From IMG/VR virus record IMGVR_UViG_3300030372_001385, positions 1-34,536 of that record: DNA of 34,536 nucleotides. One strand, 5' to 3'. How positions within the stretch are numbered: the stretch's first letter is position 1; each line of letters starts with the position of its first letter. The DNA is from a virus (lineage: Duplodnaviria; Caudoviricetes). The notes beneath the pieces were generated by a model, which did not search any database, had not been told where the DNA came from, and was given only the letters and a program-made list of their open reading frames with translations. The position numbers and the translations under genes are program-made. Shown here in pieces: positions 15,588 through 22,886 of the stretch.

Positions 15588-15826
15588 ATTTTTCCTCCTG
15601 TGCTTTCTTCGAAAGCTATTTTAAATGTTTTGTAATCTGGAAAATAATTTATTATCTTCCTTGCTCCTGCTTCTTCATCTTTATTTCTATAATAAAATGT
15701 TCTTGCATGAGCTATTTCAATTCCATTCTTATCATTTTTTGTAAGTCTTTCTCGACCTGCTATATTTGTATAAGTCCAGAATTTATTATTTTTTACTCTT
15801 TCTGCTAAATTCCTAAGATTTGCCAT
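15584..15826 (-). CDS. Hypothetical protein
   Basis: GAGGAG RBS, tightly packed operon. Confidence 0.7.
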   Translation of the reverse strand: MANLRNLAERVKNNKFWTYTNIAGRERLTKNDKNGIEIAHARTFYYRNKDEEAGARKIINYFPDYKTFKIAFEESTGGKI

Positions 15827-16017
15827 CTATGTTTCTCCTCTAAATCATAAAACCATGCCAAGACTTTATCTTTAGCCATATGTGGATATTCATCAGTTAA
15901 ATCTGTCCAATTTTTATTATATTGTTTATATTCTAGCCAGATTTTTTCTGCCATATCTGTATTGAGAAATTCAACCAAATCTTCTTCCCAACCAATTAAA
16001 ATATCTTTATAATCCAT
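15805..16017 (-). CDS. Hypothetical protein
   Basis: GGAGGT RBS, TAATG coupling. Confidence 0.7.
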   Translation of the reverse strand: MDYKDILIGWEEDLVEFLNTDMAEKIWLEYKQYNKNWTDLTDEYPHMAKDKVLAWFYDLEEKHRWQILGI

Positions 16018-16253
16018 TAAACCACCTCCTTTTTAGATTCTTCATCTTTCCATATTCTTGGTATTATTTCCATATTTCTATCATGTAAAAAACTTATTAT
16101 TGTATTAAGAAATATGTTATTAGTCATACTTTCTTCATCCATCTCTGGTCTATCTATCCTTAATGGATTATCTCTTAGCTCAACCAAATCTTTATATGCT
16201 TTGTAGATTATTTCTCTTGCTCTTTTTTTTGTATCTATCTTTTTAGATTCCAT
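16017..16253 (-). CDS. Hypothetical protein
   Basis: AGGAG RBS, overlaps neighbours. Confidence 0.7.
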   Translation of the reverse strand: MESKKIDTKKRAREIIYKAYKDLVELRDNPLRIDRPEMDEESMTNNIFLNTIISFLHDRNMEIIPRIWKDEESKKEVV

Positions 16254-16497
16254 TTGCTATCTCCTTTTCTAAATCATAATTTATTTTTGCTTCTTCTAAT
16301 TCTCTATGTAACCATTGGTCAATTCTGTTATAGATTTCTGATTCATCTATATCTTCCTTTATCCACCAATTTATCTGCTCGGCAGATTGTAAACTGGTTA
16401 ACCAAACTCTTATTCTTCCTGCTTGGCTTTGGCTTATATCATTCTCGATTTCCGAAAATGTTACCTTCTTCATAAAATCTTGTAATTTTATAATCAT
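16243..16497 (-). CDS. Hypothetical protein, first gene of an early operon
   Basis: GGGAG RBS downstream of a structured leader and promoter. Confidence 0.7.
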   Translation of the reverse strand: MIIKLQDFMKKVTFSEIENDISQSQAGRIRVWLTSLQSAEQINWWIKEDIDESEIYNRIDQWLHRELEEAKINYDLEKEIANGI

Positions 16498-16499
16498 AA

Positions 16500-16585
16500 T
16501 TAACTCCCTATGATGATATTGAAAATTTGAGTTTGATAGCTCATTAATTTCTGGGTTATTGAAATTAAGTTATATATCATCATAT
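16500..16585 (-). promoter_or_regulatory. Structured leader (three-way junction) overlapping a possible 27-aa uORF (16500..16583)
   Basis: 11-bp outer stem 16509-16519/16574-16584. Inner hairpins 16528-16543 and 16544-16568. Confidence 0.55.
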
Positions 16586-16589
16586 AGGA

Positions 16590-16618
16590 ATAATATAGGA
16601 ATCTTATATATAAGTCAA
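16590..16618 (-). promoter_or_regulatory. Sigma70-type promoter TTGACT-17-TATTAT with palindrome CTTATATATAAG
   Basis: Hexamers, spacer and palindrome (16603-16614) read directly from the sequence. Confidence 0.75.
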
Positions 16619-16760
16619 CAAATTATTCCAATTTAATGCAAATTGATATATATCAAATCCTATGGGTTTTATTGATATATGAAGGGTAATATATCATTTT
16701 TAAGATAACATCAAGGCAATCTATATGTAAATCAATATTAGAGGGTTTTTATATGATTTT

Positions 16761-17267
16761 CTATGATAAATCTTCTTTTTTATAGATAAATCCACATTCT
16801 TTACATTTTATTAAAACTATATAATTCTTATCGCATGATGTACAAGTATCGGTTGCTTTTTTGCCTTTTAATTCTCTTAAATTATTTTCAAAATCTGTTC
16901 TATTACTTCTAATACTCATATCTAATAAATCTAATTTTTTTTCATTGCTTACTGGTTTATCAACTAATGGCAATAATTTATATAATCTTTCAAATCTACA
17001 TTTATTAACATATTCTGGATTGCCAAGTATAAATAAACTAAATTCTTGGTATATTTTTATTTCTGCTCTGGTTGTTTCTCTTTCTAAACCTATTGCATCT
17101 AAAAATTGTTCCCAAGTTTCGCAATAACCATCATAACCAATATATGCTCTATTCTCTTTTATTCTATGCAGAATATTTCCCCTTTCTAATCTACATCTTA
17201 AAATACTTAAATTTAAAGATTGTAAATTTTCTACTTCTTCTTGCAATGTTGGTATTAATTTACTCAT
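16761..17267 (-). CDS. Hypothetical protein with C-terminal CxxC...CxxC zinc finger
   Basis: CTSC...CKEC, AGGAG RBS, follows the replication initiator. Confidence 0.75.
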   Translation of the reverse strand: MSKLIPTLQEEVENLQSLNLSILRCRLERGNILHRIKENRAYIGYDGYCETWEQFLDAIGLERETTRAEIKIYQEFSLFILGNPEYVNKCRFERLYKLLPLVDKPVSNEKKLDLLDMSIRSNRTDFENNLRELKGKKATDTCTSCDKNYIVLIKCKECGFIYKKEDLS

Positions 17268-17994
17268 TCTTCATTCTCCTTAATTCTTTTTCATAAATTG
17301 CCACCATTTGGTGGTTGTTTTCTTTTCTAGCTTTGTCCAAATATTCTTGGATGTCTTCTTGTTGGATTCCTTCAAATGTTTCTGCTTTATCGCTAAATTG
17401 TAAAGCCATAAAATTTTTTGATTTTTCATATATTATTTCCTCTTTCCATCCCTCATTCTTGAGCCATTTTTGAGGATATGGTACAAATTTTTCTTCTCTT
17501 GATTGTAAGAGTTCATTATATTTTTCTGCCAATTCTTCAGATGTTAAATCTGTTTTAATTTTGTTAAAAGCTCTTTCAGCATCTGCCTTATTTCTTTTTC
17601 TTCCAGTAATTAAATTCCAAAATATATTAAATTTATTATTAGAATTTATATTATTATGGGTATCAATATTGATAGGGGTTGGCATATCATTTTTGATATG
17701 GCTTGGTATCACATTTGTTACGGCTAATCTTAAAAATCTTTTACTTTCATTTGTATTTATATTATGTATTTCTCTTATAATATGACCGTTATTTATTAAA
17801 AGTGATATTGCTCTTTGTATTGTTATTTCAGTAACTTCAAAATTTTTTGCAAAATAGGCATTTGTAGCCCAACAATAACCTTGTTTGTTGCATAATGCAG
17901 TTATCTCTGCATAAAGTAATTTAGAAAAGGGAGTTAAATTCTTATCATATCTTACTTCAGCAGAAATAATTGCATAATAATTAGGTTTGTCCAT
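17260..17994 (-). CDS. Phage replication initiator (winged-HTH N-terminus)
   Basis: PNYYAIISAEVRYDKNL...KLLYAEITAL.NK.GYCWATNAYFA at the N-terminus and FWNL...K.DA..AF...PYPQKWL....W at the C-terminus. Confidence 0.85.
   Translation of the reverse strand: MDKPNYYAIISAEVRYDKNLTPFSKLLYAEITALCNKQGYCWATNAYFAKNFEVTEITIQRAISLLINNGHIIREIHNINTNESKRFLRLAVTNVIPSHIKNDMPTPINIDTHNNINSNNKFNIFWNLITGRKRNKADAERAFNKIKTDLTSEELAEKYNELLQSREEKFVPYPQKWLKNEGWKEEIIYEKSKNFMALQFSDKAETFEGIQQEDIQEYLDKARKENNHQMVAIYEKELRRMKNE
17625..17720. promoter_or_regulatory. Putative replication origin inside the initiator gene (three iterons plus AT-rich tract)
   Basis: TATCAATATTGATA (17661), TATCATTTTTGATA (17685) and TATCACATTTGTTA (17707), next to an AT-rich stretch at about 17620-17657. 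Confidence 0.6.
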
Positions 17995-18416
17995 TATTTT
18001 CTATGAATCCATCTTTCAAATGTTTCAGCAGTTCTTAAAACAGTTTCTACATCTGTTTCTGAACCTATATCTTGATGAAAATTAACTGCATTACCAATGC
18101 AATTTTGTCTTACAATTACAATTTGTCTTCTATCTGCTTCATTCATAATTGAATCTGTAACTAAATCTTTTATTGCATTATGTGGGTCTGGGTCTGGATT
18201 TGAATCTGCTTTTGCTACCGAGTTTAAATAAAATTTATCGCCAGATTGTTGATAACTAATTATTACTGATGCTCCAACTTCTACTGGTGTTTTATCACCT
18301 TCAAAAAACTTGCCATAATTTACCCATGATTCACCTAATTTATCTATCTGAAAACCATAAGGGCTTGTTCTTTCTATCTTTCCCCATATTTGTTTATATT
18401 TACTTTCTTCAGTCAT
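17994..18416 (-). CDS. Putative single-stranded DNA-binding protein (OB-fold-like)
   Basis: Beta-rich N-terminus, C-terminal IVRQNC...AV...VL..A..FE.WI helices, located before the initiator. Function inferred. Confidence 0.45.
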   Translation of the reverse strand: MTEESKYKQIWGKIERTSPYGFQIDKLGESWVNYGKFFEGDKTPVEVGASVIISYQQSGDKFYLNSVAKADSNPDPDPHNAIKDLVTDSIMNEADRRQIVIVRQNCIGNAVNFHQDIGSETDVETVLRTAETFERWIHRK

Positions 18417-18570
18417 TATTTTTCTCCTCTATTCTTCTTATTCTTGTAGCTTGTAATTCTATAAATTCATTTAATGTATCTAATCTATCATTTAATTTAG
18501 TTATTAACTTTGATTGTTGTTCTATCAAAGATAATAATTTTTTTAAATCATCATAATCTGCTTTTTCCAT
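18409..18570 (-). CDS. Small coiled-coil protein, 53 aa (not in the ORF track)
   Basis: MEKADYDDLKKLLSLIEQQSKLITKLNDRLDTLNEFIELQATRIRRIEEKNND with AGGAG RBS. Fills the gap between neighbouring ORFs. Confidence 0.7.
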   Translation of the reverse strand: MEKADYDDLKKLLSLIEQQSKLITKLNDRLDTLNEFIELQATRIRRIEEKNND

Positions 18571-18709
18571 TTTTATTCTCCTTTAATTTTTTTCTTTTTT
18601 CTACTGCTCTGCCATGTCTGGCTTTAGATTTTTTTGTATCTTCATGATTAGATTCAAAAAAACCTTTTTTCTTTTTTGGTATATTTCTTATTGTATGAAT
18701 CTGAAACAT
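18551..18709 (-). CDS. Small basic hypothetical protein (start revised to MFQIH)
   Basis: AAGGAGAACAAG-ATG at 18709. Confidence 0.65.
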   Translation of the reverse strand: MFQIHTIRNIPKKKKGFFESNHEDTKKSKARHGRAVEKRKKLKENKNGKSRL

Positions 18710-18822
18710 CTTGTTCTCCTTTAATATATGGCTCGGCATTGGGTTAACTCCCGGTTTGTATATATTGTTCCGATTTAATAAAGGTATATATCATCTGATA
18801 TCCCATTCTTAACCACATTTTA

Positions 18823-18886
18823 ATAATATAATATTTTTATATAAAAGTAAATAAATATTTACAAATAGATGTTTTTAATTTATCTT
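18823..18886. promoter_or_regulatory. Divergent promoter pair (genetic-switch-like)
   Basis: Leftward TTTACT-17-TATTAT (18851-18823) with palindrome TTTTATATAAAA. Rightward TTTACA-17-TATCTT (18858-18886), 7 nt before ATG 18894. Confidence 0.6.
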
Positions 18887-18893
18887 GTCTTTA

Positions 18894-19235
18894 ATGAACA
18901 TAAAAAATGATTTACACAAAATTGTACGAAATAAATTATCTTATGGACAAAGCATTGCAGAAGTTGCCCGTGAATATAATGTATCACGACAATACCTTCA
19001 TGCCTTGTTAAAAAAAGAAATGCCATTAATTAAAAAGGTAAAAGTGGATAATGATAATATAAAAGATTTGCCTATAAATCAAAGAATTAAAATATTAAGA
19101 AAAAACAAAGGCATTTCACAAATTCAATTATGTGAACAATTTAATTTACATCAACCAAGATTGTCTGCATTAGAAAGAAATGAACAGAATTCTACTTATT
19201 ATGAAAAGATAATTAATTATTTAGAATCTATATAG
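18894..19235 (+). CDS. Transcriptional repressor with two HTH domains (C-terminal Cro/C1-type)
   Basis: SIAEVAREYNVSRQYLH and RIKILRKNKGISQIQLC...QPRLSALER. Only convincing plus-strand gene, probably leaderless from ATG 18894. Confidence 0.8.
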   Translation: MNIKNDLHKIVRNKLSYGQSIAEVAREYNVSRQYLHALLKKEMPLIKKVKVDNDNIKDLPINQRIKILRKNKGISQIQLCEQFNLHQPRLSALERNEQNSTYYEKIINYLESI

Positions 19236-20022
19236 AATATTCTTTTCCTTCTACTAAACAATCATAACCTTTACTTTTATTTGGTATAAATAAATGTTGT
19301 TGCACATTAAATAAACCATTTTGTTTTTCATAAATTACTGTTATTCCTCTTTGTGATGAATCAAAAGCAGTATATAAACCATCTGGCATTTTTGTTAAAT
19401 CACACAAACATCCATTACACCAACCACCTAATAAACTGCCATCCATTTGTGTTGTAATAAACATATCAAATCTATGATGATGACCAACAATAACATTTCT
19501 ATTTGTATAATTTAAATGAACATGAGCTATATGTTTAGGTGTTATAAAACCTCTCTTTTCATGTCCATGCATAAAATATAATTTCTTTTTTCTACTAAAC
19601 GGTGTTTTTACTTCTCTTATATCAAATTTTCTAAATTCTAAAAGTTCTCTTATGCTTAATTTATTTTTTAAAAATGGAGCTAATGCACTACAAGATGACA
19701 TTATTTTTTTCTGCATTCTTTGTTCGTGATTTCCTTCAAAAAATATTAATTCTGATTTTGGGGCTAATTTTCTTAAATCATTTAGAAATTCTGTTGTTTC
19801 GAATAATTCAATATCAATATTTGAATTTGTTAAATCTGGGCTAAAACTAGATATTGGATAATAATCTACTAAATCACCACCCAATATTATTGTATCATTT
19901 TCATTTAATTTTGAGTCTTTTATTATATCCATAGCTAAAGATAATGCTTTTATATCTTGATATGGAATATGTATATCACTAAGAAATATTGTCCTCTTAG
20001 TGAAATTCTTCGTTGTCTGCAT
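19228..20022 (-). CDS. Calcineurin-like metallophosphoesterase
   Basis: SDIH, GDLVD, GNHE, HGH and GHHH motifs. Confidence 0.9.
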   Translation of the reverse strand: MQTTKNFTKRTIFLSDIHIPYQDIKALSLAMDIIKDSKLNENDTIILGGDLVDYYPISSFSPDLTNSNIDIELFETTEFLNDLRKLAPKSELIFFEGNHEQRMQKKIMSSCSALAPFLKNKLSIRELLEFRKFDIREVKTPFSRKKKLYFMHGHEKRGFITPKHIAHVHLNYTNRNVIVGHHHRFDMFITTQMDGSLLGGWCNGCLCDLTKMPDGLYTAFDSSQRGITVIYEKQNGLFNVQQHLFIPNKSKGYDCLVEGKEYSI

Positions 20023-20212
20023 CCTTCACCTTTCGATTTTTAAGCTCATTTTGGTAATAATGCTCCTGTATGTCTTGCATAATCTGGAAAATATTTCTCA
20101 TATACATTTGTTTTTTTACATCTTTTTCATATTCTTTTTGCATATGTATATTTAATTTCAATAATAAATCAAATAGATGTTCTGTGCAGATTCTAAAATC
20201 TACATCATTCAC
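19997..20212 (-). CDS. Hypothetical protein
   Basis: AGGAG RBS, overlaps both neighbours. Confidence 0.65.
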   Translation of the reverse strand: MNDVDFRICTEHLFDLLLKLNIHMQKEYEKDVKKQMYMRNIFQIMQDIQEHYYQNELKNRKVKDADNEEFH

Positions 20213-20585
20213 TAACTTCTCCTATAAAATATTTATTTAAATATTGCAGGGCTTTGCCCATCTTTACATCATTTGGTGTAAATCTAACCATATACCACCC
20301 ATAATACACAGCTTCATTATATTTGTCAATGTCTTTTAAGAACCCAGCAGGTCTTATATGTCTACCCATAACCCAAACACCACCTTCAATTTCAACAGCT
20401 AACTTTTCTTTAAGAAAAGCTAAATCAAATCTCCATCGCCTTGTTTTATGGAATCTATGTTCTCTAACAGGTATCGGCAAGCCACCAAAATCATGTATTT
20501 GTTGTAAAAGGACATCTGCCCAATTTACTTTTGGTTTCTTGATACGAATTGACTTTGACATTGGGTTCGTTGTAAGTCTACCCAT
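20205..20585 (-). CDS. PD-(D/E)XK / Vsr-like endonuclease
   Basis: EHRFHKTRRWRFDLA....LAVEIEGG....RH......KD..KYNEA...GW...RFT. Confidence 0.85.
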   Translation of the reverse strand: MGRLTTNPMSKSIRIKKPKVNWADVLLQQIHDFGGLPIPVREHRFHKTRRWRFDLAFLKEKLAVEIEGGVWVMGRHIRPAGFLKDIDKYNEAVYYGWYMVRFTPNDVKMGKALQYLNKYFIGEVSE

Positions 20586-20782
20586 CTTTCAAATCCTTCT
20601 GCCCTTTTATCGGCTATTGCATTTGCTTCTTTTTGTGCATCTGCTAATTTTTCTAACGACCTTGCAATGCTACGACTAATTTCTGCATGACCATTTCCAT
20701 TTCCATTTTGTTTCATCACAAGCCATACAATAACAACCAAAGCTGGAGCTTGTGATAACATTGCTAATAATTCAGTTTCCAT
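20525..20782 (-). CDS. Membrane-anchored coiled-coil protein (possibly lysis-associated)
   Basis: N-terminal TM segment APALVVIVWLVM, then a helical tail. Follows the lipoprotein gene. Confidence 0.6.
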   Translation of the reverse strand: METELLAMLSQAPALVVIVWLVMKQNGNGNGHAEISRSIARSLEKLADAQKEANAIADKRAEGFERWVDLQRTQCQSQFVSRNQK

Positions 20783-21071
20783 TTAATAAATCTCTCAATA
20801 ATTTATTTTGCTCTTGGCAGTTCTTTAAGTCTAACACAGAATTTATTGCATCTGTGTTTTTTATACAAAGATAACCCGATATGTCTACAGAACATTCAAC
20901 AAAACTAATTTTTGAGTAATTTATTTTTTTTGGCAAATTTTTTCCAGAATTTACGAATTTAGAACATGATAAAAGCGATAAACATAATAAACTAATAGTA
21001 ATACTCCATTTTATAACTTTATGCCATTTATGGGTATTTAAAATGCTTCTATGGGCATATTGCTTATTCAT
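20772..21071 (-). CDS. Lipoprotein, putative o-spanin
   Basis: Hydrophobic stretch ending in lipobox LLSC, further Cys residues, position after an i-spanin-like gene. Exact start uncertain. Confidence 0.55.
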   Translation of the reverse strand: MNKQYAHRSILNTHKWHKVIKWSITISLLCLSLLSCSKFVNSGKNLPKKINYSKISFVECSVDISGYLCIKNTDAINSVLDLKNCQEQNKLLRDLLNGN

Positions 21072-21312
21072 GTCTTATTTTATTTAATTCTTCGGCTAAA
21101 GAACCATTTTCTTTGTGTTCAACACGATATTTCCAATCTTGTATTTTTTTTTCAACTACTTTTTCATGTTCAAGGATTTTTATTTTATCTTTTAAAGTAG
21201 AAACTTGCTGTTCTAATTTTCCTACCTTTCGCTTTATTAAATAACTTTTTAAAACAACAAGCCCCTTACTTAATAAATTGGTAATCAAATCTGAGATGAT
21301 TTTACTAACCAT
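21064..21312 (-). CDS. Putative i-spanin
   Basis: Moderately hydrophobic N-terminus plus coiled coil, between holin-like and lipoprotein genes. Confidence 0.45.
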   Translation of the reverse strand: MVSKIISDLITNLLSKGLVVLKSYLIKRKVGKLEQQVSTLKDKIKILEHEKVVEKKIQDWKYRVEHKENGSLAEELNKIRHE

Positions 21313-21472
21313 TATTTTTTTCTTTTAATAACATTGATATTAAACCTGCAACACCTGCTATCGCTGTTGATATTGTTTGCCATTCATCTGATGAAACACC
21401 AAATGCTAAAGCAATACCAGCTAACCCAGCATATGTAGAAGGTTCTTTTAATCTATCTATTATTGTCCACAT
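21305..21472 (-). CDS. Putative holin, 55 aa (not in the ORF track)
   Basis: MWTIIDRLKEPSTYAGLAGIALAFGVSSDEWQTISTAIAGVAGLISMLLKEKNNG has two TM helices, an RLKEPST motif and a charged tail. AAGGAG RBS. Confidence 0.75.
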   Translation of the reverse strand: MWTIIDRLKEPSTYAGLAGIALAFGVSSDEWQTISTAIAGVAGLISMLLKEKNNG

Positions 21473-21502
21473 ATCTATCTCCTTTTAAAATTTACTTTAC
21501 AA

Positions 21503-21940
21503 TTATTCTTGCCAAAATGCAAGGGACATTGGAAACTCTGTATCTCCACTACTTGTTGTATTTGCATTTCTACCTTTGAATTGTACAAATGTACTTGCCT
21601 GTGTAAAAAGTGTTATATTTCCAATTACATTACTGGAATGTCCTGTACCAAATTGAAAACCCCATGTGCATCCATAATCGCCACTAAATACTAATGTAGA
21701 TGCAAAATTAGCTTGATATTTACCAAAAGCAGTTTGTGTTACAGAAGACATATTAAAATCTCTACCCTGCATTGTTCCACTTGCAGTCATAGAAAACCAT
21801 GCTCTTGGAAAATATTTTACTCTTGGTGTACCAGAATCTTGTATGGTTAATGTTGTAAAGTTTTCTTGTAGCATATTCATTTTGCTACTTGTTAAAACAG
21901 AACCAGAATTAAATCCAAATGATGTATGATATGTTGGCAT
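21503..21940 (-). CDS. Tail tip / fibre-like protein (paralog family A)
   Basis: AWF...SGT....FNMSSVTQTAFGKYQANF beta domain. Confidence 0.65.
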   Translation of the reverse strand: MPTYHTSFGFNSGSVLTSSKMNMLQENFTTLTIQDSGTPRVKYFPRAWFSMTASGTMQGRDFNMSSVTQTAFGKYQANFASTLVFSGDYGCTWGFQFGTGHSSNVIGNITLFTQASTFVQFKGRNANTTSSGDTEFPMSLAFWQE

Positions 21941-22404
21941 TATGCTGAACTTACATCTGTATCAAAAAATACAGCAGTTGCATTAACTGGGTCATGAAAA
22001 CCATGTGAATTCTCCCTAAAATTATGATGTATTACTTTTATATTTGCTACATTATCTTCATAAAAATACATAGAATATACAACTTGTGCATTGCCATTAG
22101 TTGTATCATGTGCATTTCCTAATTGATATTGTGATTTTACTGCTATTGAACCAACATTAAACTCTGAACAATTATTTGTAAATGCAATAGTATATTTGCC
22201 TGTTGCTGTTCTAGTAACTGAGCTAATATTTCTGGAAAAATTTATACCACTTGCATCATAATTTACAATTGCAATAGCTCTACCAGTTGAATGTGGTGTT
22301 CCATCTTCATCATCTACTAATGCAGTAAAACAACTTGATACTGATGACATTGCACTTGCAGTCATAGTATCTCTAAATAAAAAAGTTGGTAATCTAAACG
22401 CCAT
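21940..22404 (-). CDS. Tail tip / fibre-like protein (paralog family A)
   Basis: AIVNYD......SRNISSVTRTATGKYTIAF. Confidence 0.65.
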   Translation of the reverse strand: MAFRLPTFLFRDTMTASAMSSVSSCFTALVDDEDGTPHSTGRAIAIVNYDASGINFSRNISSVTRTATGKYTIAFTNNCSEFNVGSIAVKSQYQLGNAHDTTNGNAQVVYSMYFYEDNVANIKVIHHNFRENSHGFHDPVNATAVFFDTDVSSA

Positions 22405-22867
22405 TTGTTGGGTACCCCACTAATACTCCAAATCTGCATTGAGCAACATCTGTATTACCAGAATCACTAGCTCTCCAATATATTGTTGCATTACTGCCTG
22501 TTTGTGTTTGGCAACCAAATTGAAAGTTTCTGCCTTCAGCTCCACCATCTTTAACACCTTGAAAATTTATAGCATTAAATTGTGTTTGATATGGCACAGT
22601 ATAATTAAATGTATATGTTCCAACACTTGGAAATGTAACTGATGAAATGCCTTGCCCGAATATTTGCAAATTTTGTCCAACTCCAAAAAAATAAATTGTC
22701 TTTACTGGTCTACCATCAAAAAATGGAATATTAGATTTACTGCCTTGTGCTGTATGCCCAACAGTTTCTTCTGTATTTAATATTTCGGCAAAATTAGAAT
22801 AATTATTATTTAAAGCCGTACTACTTAATTTTTGTCCAACTGTATATGAAACATCTTTAAAAGCCAT
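22394..22867 (-). CDS. Tail tip / fibre-like protein (paralog family A)
   Basis: GQGISSVTFPSVGTYTFNY. Confidence 0.65.
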   Translation of the reverse strand: MAFKDVSYTVGQKLSSTALNNNYSNFAEILNTEETVGHTAQGSKSNIPFFDGRPVKTIYFFGVGQNLQIFGQGISSVTFPSVGTYTFNYTVPYQTQFNAINFQGVKDGGAEGRNFQFGCQTQTGSNATIYWRASDSGNTDVAQCRFGVLVGYPTNGV

Positions 22868-22886
22868 AATTACAAATATACTCCAT

